DNA of 62,681 nt, counting the filler, from Craspedostauros australis (Eukaryota): NCBI GenBank assembly GCA_030167865.1. It is 6 parts of 6 records of this genome, joined end to end, with 100 filler letters (N's around TTAATTAATTAA, not from the genome) between each part and the next. Parts side by side here need not be neighbours in the genome. Positions count along the whole stretch, not along the records: positions 7,361 to 38,894 come from JALAGF010003701.1; 5 more parts are not named here. One strand, written 5' to 3'. This document shows, piece by piece, positions 22,187-35,446 of this stretch (within the stretch, counting starts at the first letter, position 1; every line of letters starts with the position of its first letter). The notes below the pieces were generated by a model that was not told the origin of the DNA, ran no database searches, and worked only from the letters and a program-made list of their open reading frames with translations. The position numbers and the translations under genes were made by a program.

Positions 22187-23878
22187 TCACATCCCCGTCG
22201 AATCGTACGGAAGAATCGGACACGTTTGCCCCACCGTGCAATCGCTCTCTCCTCTATCTTCACCAGCCACCGGGCGTCGTTGGATGTTCAATTCCGTGCG
22301 CCACAGATCCGGCATACGCAAGTACTCGTACTTTTGTGTCATGCCGCCCATGTGAAACTCGGTACTGCCTTCGCAACACCATTGCAGAGCGTTCGTGAAA
22401 CAATGCATCTGCGTGGCATTCCAATCGAATTCGCAGTACGCGGTCGACGCCAACGCCATGGGCAGACTCTGCGTGAAGCTGGAAGGACGCCCCGAAATGA
22501 CGACATCGGCATGGCTCAAGATCATCATGTCCATCAACCCGTCTTGCATATGCTGCAGGCACGACGACGACGGCGCTTGCAAGAACTGCTCGTTGGCGCC
22601 CTGTCCGAACGCCACGCCCGTGCCATTCTGCAATCGACGCTGCGTGTACGTCACGACGGGAATATCGTGTGGCTGCAAGGCCGTGCGCAGCTCCCGCACG
22701 ATTGAGATGGTGTCGGTCGCGACGAAGACGATGGGCGATGTCATGTCGAGCTGTTGCGTTGCCACGTCGCCGTGCATCAAGTCCAAGATGCGCTGTTGCA
22801 CGTGGCTGGACCATTCGGTGACGTTGTCAATGGATCGTTTCTTCTTGACGAAATCACCGGATTCTCCGTTGCCCGCACGCACGTGCAATCCGATCACGGC
22901 CGTGGCGTTGTGCGACCGCCGCACGTCGGAGTAGAAGGCGTCCACCTTGTCGTTGTACCGGAATCGCCGTCGCAATCGAGCGTAGAACTCGGCATTCGTA
23001 TCGAGGGCATGCTGCGAACATTCACAGTGAGAACTCCCATCGCGCACAAACTTCCTGAATCCCGGTGTTTCGTTGTTGATGCGCAAGTAGAATGAGATGG
23101 ATGTGACGTTATTGAAGTCCTGCAGCGGCTGCGTGCCGAAGAAGTGATGAAAGGGCTGCATCAATCCACGTCTCTTGCGGATGCGCGGGTCGGGTGGCTG
23201 GCTGCACCAATCCCAGTGCACGCGCAGGCTGTAGTTGAGCTGATCTGCAAGATAGTTGGCCTGTGCCATTTTGGACAGCCGATGACCGAGTCCACAGCAT
23301 GCAACGTAATCCACGCTGGATGCTTCGTTGGCGTATTTGACTGTGATGGGATCCGGTGGCGTGACGCTGTTGCAGGCGGCCAGCAATGGAAGTGCGTCCG
23401 TTCTGTTGGGATCCATGGAAGCCAGACTCACATCCTGCTGTTGCTGCCACCATCGCAACGTCTGAATTGGTCTTTGTTTCTTGTTATCTCTCCTCTTCTG
23501 TTGCTCAGCCCGCCTTCCGTTGATTGTCTGCGACGGACGATGATTCTTCTTATGCTGCTGCCGCTTCTTATTGTTATGAGTGGCAGCCATTCCACCTGCA
23601 CCTGCGCCTGCACCTGCTTTCAGTCGTGGATTCGTATTCCGCCCATGTTGTTTGAGGTCGGCAGTTAGATGGCCACGCCCACTGTCATGCACATCACCAG
23701 ATCGCAAGGGGTTGTCATGTCCGACAGCCGAGGATACCGATGACGATGAAGATAGAGATGGGGACAGAGGTATCCGATGGATGTAAATGGCAGACAGAAA
23801 CGAGAAGGAGCAAGCAGCCAGCAAACACAGCAGCACCATCAGCCGCAGGTTGCACCTCTCCTTCTGCTTCGGTTTCAT
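22187..23878 (-). CDS. Type II membrane glycosyltransferase, fucosyltransferase-like (GT23/NodZ-like motifs)
   Basis: N-terminal TM anchor and stem. CCGLGHRL, IGLHVRAGNGE, VFVATDT and DMMILSHADVVI resemble alpha-2/6/O-fucosyltransferase motifs I-III. Confidence 0.72.
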   Translation of the reverse strand: MKPKQKERCNLRLMVLLCLLAACSFSFLSAIYIHRIPLSPSLSSSSSVSSAVGHDNPLRSGDVHDSGRGHLTADLKQHGRNTNPRLKAGAGAGAGGMAATHNNKKRQQHKKNHRPSQTINGRRAEQQKRRDNKKQRPIQTLRWWQQQQDVSLASMDPNRTDALPLLAACNSVTPPDPITVKYANEASSVDYVACCGLGHRLSKMAQANYLADQLNYSLRVHWDWCSQPPDPRIRKRRGLMQPFHHFFGTQPLQDFNNVTSISFYLRINNETPGFRKFVRDGSSHCECSQHALDTNAEFYARLRRRFRYNDKVDAFYSDVRRSHNATAVIGLHVRAGNGESGDFVKKKRSIDNVTEWSSHVQQRILDLMHGDVATQQLDMTSPIVFVATDTISIVRELRTALQPHDIPVVTYTQRRLQNGTGVAFGQGANEQFLQAPSSSCLQHMQDGLMDMMILSHADVVISGRPSSFTQSLPMALASTAYCEFDWNATQMHCFTNALQWCCEGSTEFHMGGMTQKYEYLRMPDLWRTELNIQRRPVAGEDRGESDCTVGQTCPILPYDSTGM

Positions 23879-24398
23879 CCTGCTGATGCCGCGACTGCTT
23901 CTGTTTTGCTCTATATCTCTTTCATTGCTCTGCGATGCTCTGCAATGGACTGGGATGGCGGGACGTCGTGCGATGCAATGCGATGCGATGTTGCTTTGGT
24001 GTTGTCATGACGAGCAGAGCAGTCTCCACAAACATCGATGCCAACACCACCCCCCAGCCGGCATGATGCGCACATCCATGACCTTCCAGCTTTTCATGTC
24101 CGCTTCGATGTCTTGGTTGGATTCGCCAATCAGGAACCAAGCACGACTCAACGAGTATCCATGACTGAACGCCAAGACAAATGTTGATGTTGCGCACAAG
24201 ATACCATTGTAGCTTCAATTCTCTGTTGTCGCGCTTCGAGATCACACACATACGAACTACTCGTCCGCAAGCACAATGCAATCGAAGTGCGTTGTATCCA
24301 ACCTTTTACAGAGACAATATAAGACTATATTATAGAATACATATAATGGGGTGGCTATACCCATAGACTATTCAGCTTGGACTACAGTACCTCCTCGG

Positions 24399-27300
24399 CT
24401 ACAGCTCGGCAAGAAGGAACGCAAGCACAAGAGACGACACAGCCACAATCATCGCGACGAGCGCGGATGGAGCCTTTGGCGGAGAAGACGAAGAGGTGGG
24501 CGAGCTGGTCGGAGCAGAGGTGACAGTCATCGAAGGGACCTCACTCGCTTTGTTGGTTGGAGGACTTGACGGTGCTGTGGATGGTGCTGTGGATGGTGTT
24601 GTGGACCGTGATGCGGATGGCGCGGATGATGGCATCTGGGTGTTGGCGTTGCAGAATTCCAACGATCCCATGAAGTACTCAAATATATCAGTGTACAGTG
24701 GATCTGGGTTTTCCCCAACCTCTGCACTTGCCATGCCTGGATACATGATGAATGGACAGCTGTCGCATTCAAAAAAATCTGACGAGATTGCGTCAAGGTT
24801 GCGGGCGTAGCTGTCTCCCGTACTTGTTTCTGTATCAACACGGAGGGCGACCACTCCGTCGCTTTCCGACAGCGATAGAGGTGGATCGAATGGAATCGAG
24901 TCCGTGAACTCTGAGGGTCCTCTGGCTTCGATTGTTCCCGACGCAAGTTCCGTCCAAGCGCCTGTCCCATTCCATGTTCCTGGACGGTAGAAGATTGCGA
25001 AGGACTGGTTGTCCATACGTGGCAAGACAAGCCGCATGCCCGTGATGTCGATGCTGTCCAGAACTTCAATGTCATGCCGTATTGATGCTGCGAAATCGAA
25101 AACGAAAGTTGTGGGCAGGCTCGCAAGCTTTCCGTCGCGACAACTAGCGGTCGGTGCCTGTGTGAGAGCGGCAGATGGCACGGCTGTTGGCGATGCTGAT
25201 ATGGTTGTGGTCGGAGCGACTGTCTCAGTGGGCGCCTGACTGACAGAGGCGTCACAGAACTCAAGTCTCGCTCCAACTAGCATGAATTGACCAGGCCTGT
25301 AGTTGGGTGGATTATCTCCGACGACCAAGCTGCCTTGCCCATAGAACACCTCAAACGGACAATTCGGGCAGGAATACAACAATTCCGGCATGGGGGCTGG
25401 AAACTGGGCTGCGTTGGATAGCAGATGATTAGCCATGTCGATGCGGAACGACATGACGCCACCATTGTCTGGCGATGCGAATAGAGGCGCATCAAATGGG
25501 AGAATATCCGTGAAGCTCATTGCATCGCGTTCTCCGTTGTTCCCAGATGCGATCTGGAGCCACTCGCCCTCCGCCTCCCACGTGCTTGGCCGGTAGAAGA
25601 TCGTGTAGGGCATGTTGACGAAGTCAGGAGAAAGCAGGATACTCATCCCACTGATAAAGATGGGTTCAAAAACGGCAACATCGAACCTGAAGGACTGGAC
25701 TGTGACACCAAAGAAAACCGGAAAGTCGCCGCTATCGTATCTCCATGAACCGCAGGACGAGGTTGGCAAAAGGGTGGGAGAGATCGTTGGGGAGACTGAT
25801 GGGACCAAAAATGTTGATGGGGCTGCCGATGTGGATGGTTGCGTGGAAGGTGATCGACTGAAATCCGCCTTCACGCTCACAGTCGCGCACATCTGTGGGG
25901 CTGTGTCATCATCAATGCTAGTCACAGAGATGATGATCCCAGTCACTGACGGAAAGCTGGTGTCGGCGATCCGGTAGGATGGTTCTGTCATGTTCAATAT
26001 GGCCAACAGCTCGGAATCCCGATCGGGGAGCGGTGTTAGATCGAGCGCCGATGTCACGAGCACTTGGTTTCTACCCAGAGGCGAATCGGCGTTGAAACCG
26101 CTGGCTCGATTGAATGCAATGTAGTAGTTGAGTTCGCTATCAGGATCATCGATTCGGATGATAACATCGTAGGTTGTGTCTGCGGGGTCGTAGTCCACCA
26201 CGCCACAGAGCCTTCTTTCGAAGTCGATGTTTTGGCCTCCTGTGAGCGTTGTAGTCTGATCGGAGTACCACCCGAGTTCCCAGCTCTTGGCTCCTGCGTG
26301 TACGATAAGTGGGATGTGTCATTTTGGATGAGCGCGCAAGAAGAGAGAAATGAGGAGCGAATGATGAATCGAACGACGTTGAGAAAAGACGGCGTGACAA
26401 ACACTTTGTGAATGGTTCCGTGCATCCCAGTCCTTCATGTCGTGCTGTACTGCGTGGTGCTGCCTGACGATGCGAGAGCTTGCACCGGGACGAGCATCGG
26501 CGCGAGTACGGTGCCACAAGTTCCTGCTGCAGCTTGTTGCCTATGACATATTGATTGCTGTCCAACTGTCCAACACTGCCCAACGCTGTCCAACTCTGTC
26601 AAAGAACGAACAGGTGACGGGCCACACGGCAACAACACCAACGCTTCATCCACTGTATTCATATATATCGCGAGGATTGCTTACCGTTGTATCCCACGCG
26701 AGGAGTATTGGTTCCATTCGTAAGTGCGTCGAAAACTCCATCTCCCATGGCTCCACTGCAGAACCGTGTGTCAATAGCATCAATCCATCGAATAGAGATG
26801 TCCGGATGATATTCAACGACAGCAGAAACAGCAACAGACAAAAGAAGGAAGGGAGAGTGAGTACATGGAAGCGAATGAACAAGCACGTGGCTCTTGGGAA
26901 GGCAGCGATACGCGGATGCCAATTCTTCATTCATTCCAAGGCCTCGACATTGAACCGCTGTGCTGTGCCACAGCTGAACAAGATCTGATTTGGCGCGAAG
27001 CGTGCTGTTTTCGTGAGATGGCCATCTGCATACCTGGTGTCTTGAAACGGTGCCATGAACCAATTGGAGTTGCCCAGCCCGAAATTAGTACCAAGGTGAC
27101 GCGTGAGTAGATTCAAGCTGAATGCCCAGTGTGTGTTTGGAAAGGTTTGGATGCCATTGAAGATGCTGAATTTGCCTCCGAATTGCGAGAAAGCTACGAT
27201 GGCGTTGGTGTTGACGTTGATGTTGACGTTGATGAAATGATTTAATTCGCAGGAAAGGGACCCGATGAATCAAGTGGACATTGATTTGAGACGGCATTGT

Positions 27301-28590
27301 GATTAGTTTTGGTTTGGAAGGCAGCTGGGAGCGACTGGAGTACCCACATTTTCACATCTTCGCAATTGAATCGCCGCTGAGCGTCACTGGCATGAGCGGC
27401 GATGGATTCAAATTGAAAAAACGGAGTGCTATGGCATCTTGGGTTCAACAAGTGGATGCAACAACAGTGCTGGCATTCACGTCGAGGTTGTCGCAGAAAC
27501 TTACCAACCCAGTTTCTGCCCTGAGTGGTCTGGGTCCCGAACGGTGTCAAAATGATGAAGTGATCGAAGTCATCAAAGATCTCGATCGTATCAACGAGGT
27601 AGCCAGTGACCAAGTCAATGACGATGGACGTGTCGCTAGTGCCAGGATCTACTGCTGGAGGAAACTGCACCGTCAAGATCCCGTCATCGGTCCCAATCGT
27701 TGGTTTGGCGGACAACGAAAGCTTGCCAAAGGACATGGCTGCGAACTGATCTGTGAAGTTGGGCTGTGCGTCGAAGATGTTTTCCTGGATGAGCTCCTTG
27801 GGGACTGTGTAGTTGTTTTGGAAGATTACCTGAACAATGAGGAATGTTCTATCACCAACACCGCGCACATCCGGGGTGTTCAACGTGCGTCCATGGGGAT
27901 GATGTGCATGATCATGTATGTTTCTCTCATTTTCATTTTCATCGTCGAGGTGATGCGTGATCTGCATGTCGTCAATGGCCTTGCCATCCGGCAGCTTCAA
28001 CATACGAACCGTGGTGTCGATGGCGACATCATCGAGGAAAAGCGTGTGCTTGACAGAAGCGGCAGGCAACGCGTGATGCTGCAGTGCCCATTCCGCCGTC
28101 AAGCCTTCAATCTTCATGCGGATGCGCCCATGCGATTTCACGTCGGATCCTTGCAGCACGCAGCGCAAGCTGGCGGCATCACTTCCATCGATGAAGCTGG
28201 TGATGCACGCCGAGATGAGACATGGTTCCTTGAGGATGCCGTCGTTTGAACCATTCGCAGCAGCGTCGTCCGTCTGGTTGGGATGAAGGCCGTTGCGATA
28301 CGGTACGTGGGGGATTCATGCGTGTGGTTGATACAGCATGTCGTTTCGGTCAACAGCGCGGTTGAGAATGTGACGATTGTGAGAAGATGGTGGAGGCAGA
28401 TGGAGCATCCGATTGAGGGCGGATCTTTGCGAGGGCAACACCCAAGAGAGGCACAATTGAAACGGTTTCCTCCACTTACCAACGTCACAGTCTCAGCTAC
28501 TGGCTCGGCAATTGCGGTTGCCGCAGTGACGGCAAGCACCACAAGCAACGCAACCGCGGAGATCGGTCGATACGAATGCGGGACTTTCAT
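24399..28590 (-). CDS. Multi-exon secreted/GPI-anchor-like protein with a degenerate M11 (gametolysin-like) metallopeptidase domain
   Basis: Signal peptide in exon 1. The inferred spliced product reads ..FTDQFAAMSFGKL..FDHFIILTP..NWV|AFSQFGGKFSIFN..RHLGTNFGLGNS..FQDT|SGAMG..PRVGYN|GAKSWELGWY..YYIAFNRASGFN. It then has two related domains, P/S/T linkers and a hydrophobic C-terminus. Confidence 0.72.
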
Positions 28591-29564
28591 GTTCGGCTGA
28601 TTCCGGTTGTGATTGTGACAGAATCGCAGGCCTCTTCGCGGATGTCAGCCAAGAGGTGCGTTGTCTACGTCGCCGTGGGCCTTCGCTGGCTGTTGTCGGT
28701 TGCCTTGATGCCTTTCTGATCATGTGGTGTGGAGGCGATAGTCAACACCTCCGCCGCCGACTGCCGACAGAGATCTTTCCCTTTGTATCGCTCTCGTTGT
28801 GGAGGCGGACATTGGCCACAAAAGCCGTTTTGGCGAGGCGAAGTGGACGCGGCCACTCACGAACGCGTCCACGAATCTGTCGTGATTGTTGCGGGACTTC
28901 GTGATTGATGGTTCTCATTGAGTCACGGATGTCACAAGCGAACGGGAATTGGTGTGCCGAATCTTGTGCTTCTCCGAGTGCCACCACAGCATCAATAGCT
29001 CGTACTCCAAGACGCAACACGGAGCACAGGATGAGATTCCAGCAAGAGGAGAGCAGACATTTGGCGTCCTGTCGATGGTGTACTTCTAATCCTATTCATT
29101 GTGTTTCGCCTGCTTGCGTACGTATGCCACACAATGTTTCGTCGTGGAACAACGGACGAAGATGGGTGGAGCACGGTACGGTACGATACACGTACTTCTC
29201 GGCAGATTCGGTTGCTCTGTGGCCCAGCCGCACTCCTCTTGCGCACATGACATATTACCTCGTCGTTCTGACTCCTGCTCTTTGCTTCGTCCTGCTCACC
29301 CATTGCTTGGATTTTAATTGTCCTCCAAACACTCCATTGGAATGAAATACATTTCCGAACCGATTTTCTCCACTTCAAGACTGTCTGCTTTGTATGGCGT
29401 AGCCTGCCATTAGATGCAACCTGCCACGCTGCATGAATAAAACGTGACCGGAATAGTGTCGCATATGGAACCACCGATCATCTCTTCATCTCCGCCGTTG
29501 TTGTTCCACAAATCGTCCTACATCACTTTGCGTCGTATCGCATAGCAGTGTGCTGGAAGGGAAG

Positions 29565-30275
29565 CTACTCTCCAACGATCTCAATGTCAAGCTTGACCTT
29601 GATCGACTTGGCCAGATTCAGTGTGGCACCAAACATTCCGACCTTCTTGATGTCTCCCCTCATCTTCTTTCCATTCTCGTCGAGGATTTCCGCAACCTTG
29701 ACCGCCCTCTTGCCCTTCCACAGATCCGACGGCTTCACGGCTTGCAACTCTTCCATGATCGCCTTCATGCCGATGCCGGCGAACAGCTTGCCGTCGGGAC
29801 CGCTCTTGCGCTTGATGGAAAGCACGTAGTCCACCAGCTCCTCCTGCAGCTTGGTCGCCATTTCATTCGTCGCAGATTCCTGTGCCGATTTCTCGGCCTG
29901 CTCTTCTGCGACTTCATCGTCGGAGATGACGACGGCCGACTTGGTGGGTCGCAGCTTGTTGTTGAAGAACGCGGGCGTGACTTGCACGACGTCGCCGGCA
30001 GAACCAGTGCCGGCGACGTGCTTCAGAAGCTTGACCTGGAACTTGGTGGGTGCTGCGGCCGTCTTCTTCTTCTTGGCGAACAGCTGGTGCGAGTTGAGGT
30101 TGGCATGGCGCTGTGGCTGTTGGATCGGGATGAACGTGGCACCACTGCGCGATGCAGAAGGTGGCACGACGAAGGCGCCGACGCATCGGGAACCGGCCGC
30201 CGATGACTGTGCTGCTTCGCAAAGGCTTGATGTGGCAGCAATCAGAACGCAAACAGCGATCATGCCCATTGGCAT
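29565..30275 (-). CDS. rpl9: Plastid 50S ribosomal protein L9, nuclear-encoded with bipartite presequence
   Basis: VKLLKHVAGTGSAGDVVQVTPAFFNNKLRP (L9 N-domain) and GPDGKLFAGI..IKKVG (C-domain). Signal peptide plus GAFVVP. Start codon uncertain. Confidence 0.9.
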   Translation of the reverse strand: MPMGMIAVCVLIAATSSLCEAAQSSAAGSRCVGAFVVPPSASRSGATFIPIQQPQRHANLNSHQLFAKKKKTAAAPTKFQVKLLKHVAGTGSAGDVVQVTPAFFNNKLRPTKSAVVISDDEVAEEQAEKSAQESATNEMATKLQEELVDYVLSIKRKSGPDGKLFAGIGMKAIMEELQAVKPSDLWKGKRAVKVAEILDENGKKMRGDIKKVGMFGATLNLAKSIKVKLDIEIVGE

Positions 30276-31162
30276 TGTGTGGCTTTGGAGCTGACGCTTT
30301 GCGAACATCTTGGGATGTAGTGCGAAGGTCGTACTGTTACGGGTATGTTGGTTTGGGTGGTTATGATGAGATGTGATGTGATGTGATACTCTGCGGCAAG
30401 AGAGGGTTTGTGGCTGCTGTGATGGATCGGCTGGTGGTGAGGCTGTTTGCGTTCCGCTCACCTCTGCGTCTTCTCCCAAGTTGAGGTTCTGTTTGACACG
30501 CTTGTTCGCCATGTTTTGGATCTTTTGGATGGGAATCCAGTCGCATTGTTCGATTGGTACACGACTGGCACGACTGACCACCGGATGATGAGAAATACTA
30601 GAACGGTTAGTCTAGAGGTGGTCCATAACATTTGATTTCACGTGTACGACCTATTCTTGCGACCCACCATACCAGGAATCTGAGGAAATGCCGGTGCTGC
30701 TACGAAGTCTTGTGAAATGTGGCCCAGTGCAGCCGAACCTCATCCCTTTCGATTGCGGTTTTAATGATGCAGATTGTTGGAGACAGTAGTTGCGTAAAAG
30801 TACAAGGAGGGATACTGCTATCATTTGGTTTCCATGTTCTTGAGATCATGGTGCGTTCTGTGGATGCTGGTGCATCTTGGCGTTTCCTTTCAATGCACAG
30901 CACGGCAACTAAAAGTGGGAAATGGTGGGAAGCACACGGCATGTTGTTCATTCGGCCAGTCCTGCTTCTTGTTGATGTTTCAGAAAACTCCGTTGTTTTG
31001 TCAGCTACGAGATGCTGCCTCGTTGATGATGTTGCTTCATGGATGGAGCGCCATCTCAGACGGTGATGGACGCTTGAATGAAAACCCTTTCCCTAATTGA
31101 ATTCTCTTCACAGATCCCGCGAGAGCCCTCTGCCACGAGTACGTACATCCCGACGTGGAACA

Positions 31163-31861
31163 TCAATCATGACGGAATCTCGGATTCTTGTCTGCGCCAC
31201 CCATGTCACCATCCGGCGGCGGTCCTTTATCCCCCGAGCCGTAATAATTCATGCCATCCTCCGGATTTGTGCCACCATGTTGCTGTTGCTGCTGCTGCTG
31301 CGGCGGGGTCCAACTCAGTTTTGCCTTGGCCTGCCGTCCCGGATCCGCGCGATTGCGCCGATCGTCGCGCACCTGCCCGCCGCCTTTGCCACGACCATAC
31401 TGCCGACCTTGCTGGAATCCGGCATCCAATTCGACGCGAATGACGCGGCCATCGAGCTTGGTGCCCGACAGAATGGCAATGGCCAGCAAGGCATCTTCGC
31501 GATGGGCGTACTGCACGAACGCGAATCCGCACGGCGTCTTCTTGTACCGATCCAAACCCAGCACGACGTTGCGCACGGGTCCCAGCTGGGCGAAATGGGA
31601 ACGGATGTGATGCGATCGCGTCGAGAAGGCGAGGTTGCCGATGTACAGGGTGCTGGAGGATTCCAGGGCGTTGAGCTGGGCGCCGGGGCTGTCGTAGTGG
31701 GATCGGTCCCAGTAGAACTTGGTCTCCTGTTGGGCGTTGGCGAAGAGCACTTCCGGAGCCTTCAGCAGCGGCTGCAGCTTGGATGGCGCAGCAACAGCAG
31801 GCGCGGCAGGAACGTCTGCGGGTGGCATTGGAGCCGCGGCTGTGGTGTCCATCGAGGTCAT
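31163..31861 (-). CDS. NCBP2: Nuclear cap-binding protein subunit 2 (CBP20)
   Basis: STLYIGNL..GLDRYKKTPCGFAFVQY..GTKLDGRVIRVELDAGFQQGRQYGRGKGGGQVRDD, the diagnostic CBP20 RRM. Confidence 0.96.
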   Translation of the reverse strand: MTSMDTTAAAPMPPADVPAAPAVAAPSKLQPLLKAPEVLFANAQQETKFYWDRSHYDSPGAQLNALESSSTLYIGNLAFSTRSHHIRSHFAQLGPVRNVVLGLDRYKKTPCGFAFVQYAHREDALLAIAILSGTKLDGRVIRVELDAGFQQGRQYGRGKGGGQVRDDRRNRADPGRQAKAKLSWTPPQQQQQQQHGGTNPEDGMNYYGSGDKGPPPDGDMGGADKNPRFRHD

Positions 31862-32247
31862 GGTTGCGGCGATTCTGAACGTGTGTGAGTGTTGGTGTGA
31901 GTGTTGATGTATTGGTTTGGTTTAGTTTGGAACTGTTGTTGTGACGAATGATGCGTTTTGTCTGTGCGCGATCCTTTGCATTGTTTTGCTGTTTTTGCCT
32001 ACCGCACGACAGACGTTCCTCCTGACGAAACAAGAGCAAGCTACGTTTCTCAACCAAGAGTAGTATTCCATCTCTCAAGAGTCTGTCGCTCGCTCTCTCT
32101 CTCCCCAACGAACGAAAGTATCCGGTGCCTCAATTGCATGATAAAGGGTGGAATAGATCATATTCTGCAAGTATTCTGTTATTTGTCGTTGCATTCTTCT
32201 TCATGTCTAGAGATTGATCGTCCATTGCACTTGCATAGCGTCAGTAT

Positions 32248-33959
32248 TCAAGGTGCATTCCGCGTGGTGGCGACATGCGGATCATCAAAGGGCGATCGAT
32301 CGCTGGCCGTAATGATGGCGGTCGCCAGATCGCTGAGCGCCACCAGCGGCGAGGTTCCCCTGTTTGGTGCTGTTGCGGGTGCTTGTTCCGGTTGTCGTTG
32401 CGGAATTGGCGCTTGCGGTTCTGCCGTGACGACAGACGACTGTTCTGAAGATGACACATGCAGCGGCGCGACACCAGGAGCAGTAACATGCGCTGATGTC
32501 ACAGTCGCTCCGATTGCCGCCGGATCGAATCGATGTTGGCCGTGATTCATCCACAGTGCGGCCAACGCTTGGTAGGATATCGACAGATTGTGCATGCGCC
32601 GTTGAAAGTCTGTGTCAATCGTGCTCACCACATCAAACAGTTTGCGATCCATGTCTCTGGAAAAGGTTTCGAGCTGGTGTCTCATTTGTGATATGTCATT
32701 CTTCATGGATTGCACAGAGGTTGCACCTTCTGGGCTGCATGCCGGTGCTGCCGTCCCCGTTGTTATGGAAGTGAGGCTGGAAGCTTGAGGATTCACCATC
32801 GTAGAGGCCCCGGTTGATGAGAGGCTCTTGACTGGTCCGGGTGCGGGTCCTGATGCTGCAGCTGCTTGCCCAAATAGCGGAAACGAAGACGTTGGCGATG
32901 ATAATGGCGATGATGCTGATGATGAACCCCTGGTGGTGCGTTTGATCTTACCAAGGAGTTCAGGGCGATGGCGTTGGAAGAATTCATGGGCGAAAGATAC
33001 GGATGTTGTTCCTGATGACCTCGTCGATCTGCGTTTTCTCGTGTTCGATGGCGATGATTGCTGCTGCTGCTGCTGAGTATTACCTGTCTGCGCATGCGTG
33101 CCCGCATTCGTCTCGATAGTCTCTGTAATGTTGCGAAGTTTGCGGAAGGAGTAGAAGTTGAGCTGTCTGACGAACGATGTGAATTTGGAATGCTTGAAGT
33201 ATTTGGGCAGGATTGTCTGAGGGCATGAGACAAGGTGGATGGAATGGCACAATTGGCGATGAAGGCGGTTTGTGTCGTATCCGTGAGTAGCGTGTCAAAT
33301 AGAGTTGAGTTGAGTAGAATTGAGTTGGGGTGAGAATGGCACGAGTCACGGCGGGGATTTCCATGCACGGAGTAGATTGGAGGGGCGGGGCAGAGAATGA
33401 AAGAACATGAGCGTGCTTGCTCGTCTGCCTCTATGCTCGTCTGCATAAAGATGGGTGCGATCACGCTGAGCGGAACCTCCATTGTGTCTTTGCTCTCAAC
33501 CACTCTCATCAGCCACATCGTTCCCGTGTTCCATCGTCATCCCGCTTGTACAGCGCAAACCCGTCATGGCCGACAACAGCGCAGCATGTAGCGCACCCAA
33601 ATGCGAGGGCAAATGGAAGACAAGCAGACTCACCTTGCTGAATTCTTCAATGTTGTGAATGGTGAAGTACACGCCATCTGCCGACCAGGAAGCTATTTCT
33701 GGATCTGCCTGGTCGATCATGTGGAAGGTTTCTGTTGGTAGCGGTACGAGCGAAATGCGTGTAGGACGGTGGGAGTGTGAGAGACATGTACCATGCGTCA
33801 AGCGCGGGATGATCATGACATGGTTTTCAATCACACCAGTACCAATCGGAACGTTGGCGTGCAACACATTTTGGACGCGGCATGGTGGATGGAGCATGGC
33901 GGAAGGTCGCACTTACTGGACAGGAACTTGTTGAGCAACCCCGTTCTATTCCGACTCAT
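32248..33959 (-). CDS. Heat shock factor-type transcription factor; exons 33959-33917, 33731-33634, 33216-32248
   Basis: Spliced HSF DNA-binding domain KFLS|KTFHMID..IASWSADG..FSK|TILPKYFKHSKFTSFVRQLNFYSFRK..FAHEFFQRHRPELLGKIKR with canonical GT-AG sites and a downstream coiled coil. Confidence 0.93.
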
Positions 33960-35446
33960 GGTGTTTGCTGAATTCGCTTGAGTAGAGTATAGTTTGCTGC
34001 GCCGCTGTTGATGTCGCTGCTGATGATGCTGCTGATGTTGCCGCTGCTGCTGTTGATGGTTCTGATGAAAGCCAATCAAACCAGATCGAAATGAAGCAAT
34101 GTGACGGTCGGGCCTGGCGGGAAAGTCCAAATGTGTGAGAGCCAAGTTCCGCTTGTTATGAATGTTCTTGCCGATGCTTCCTCTCGTGGGTGCTTCGTTT
34201 GGAATGGAACACTCTGCCGTGCTTGCTGTGACGACCGATCTCTTGGGAACAAGGAGAGACAGAGGCGCAGGTCTGGATGCCTCAGTTCGTCCTTCTTCTT
34301 CGTTGCTCTTTCTTTCTTTTCTTTCTTCTTTTTGCTTCACTCCACTTCCTTGCGTGTGATGCAACAGGCAGGCTTATCCGCTGCTCGATGGTTGTCTCTG
34401 GAGGTGTTGTGTTTGGGTCTTGCTATGCAGTGTATGATAGTATCGTCTGGTGCAGCTGTACCCCTTGTCGAGCAGAGTGTTGGTGGCCAAGTGGAGTATT
34501 CTCGCATCCGTGTCTCCGATTGTTGCACTTGCGCCGGTGCTTGCCTCTGCCTTTGGCTTTGCGTTCTTGGGTCCGAGTATCGCCGAGCGGGGTACGACTA
34601 CTTGTGTGTGTTTCACCGGTGATGATGTGGGTGGTTCCCGAAACATTTCATCTCGGTTCATCGCCCGCTCTTCGATTTTGGGGAAACGTCAAGGAGTTCA
34701 CCCGACTTCGCATCCGTGTCAAACAACGCAGGCCAACCAAACCAACCCAATTGCCTTCCATCCTGTTCCCTCAGAGAACGAGCTGACGCAACGCGAACAA
34801 CAAAGAAAGGGATTGAAGGTATCGAGTTTCCACGGTCGATGGCAAGACGCTATGTCAATACGACTAAATCGACCACAATCAAACGGGATTGAGTCTACCC
34901 TATTCGTGCCACAACAAAACGCAATTCCGAACGTCGCACAAACGCTGCGTTGGCGCAAAAGCAGAACAAAAACAAATTCCGTGTCAGAACTGAGACGAAT
35001 GAGCGTCGGCAGATACCAAATTCCGATGATGGCAACAGGAGCGCGGACACATCAAGAGGAAGCCTCGTGAACTTCTCACGGACGCAGCCACACAGACTTC
35101 TTCTTGGCTCTCTTCAACCAAACGTGCACAGGAATTGTATCCTTGATGATGGGAGACAAAGTACGGAGAATGATCGACAGAGCCTCATGGGCAGAACAGC
35201 GCAACTACCGCAGTGAATGATGTGATCTCACAGAGTACTGGCACGAATGCGAGTGGCATCATGCACATCAGACTCAAAAACGACCTGGAGAGCCATTAAT
35301 TGGAACAGATCCACCACGCTCCTCTCTTCTCCAGCATTCGCAGTATTTCTCTTGCTCCATCCATACTCTATCCATACTCTATCCATACTCTCATCACTCT
35401 ACCAATACCAATACCAATTCTCTTGTCTGCGAAGAGCACGTTCACC

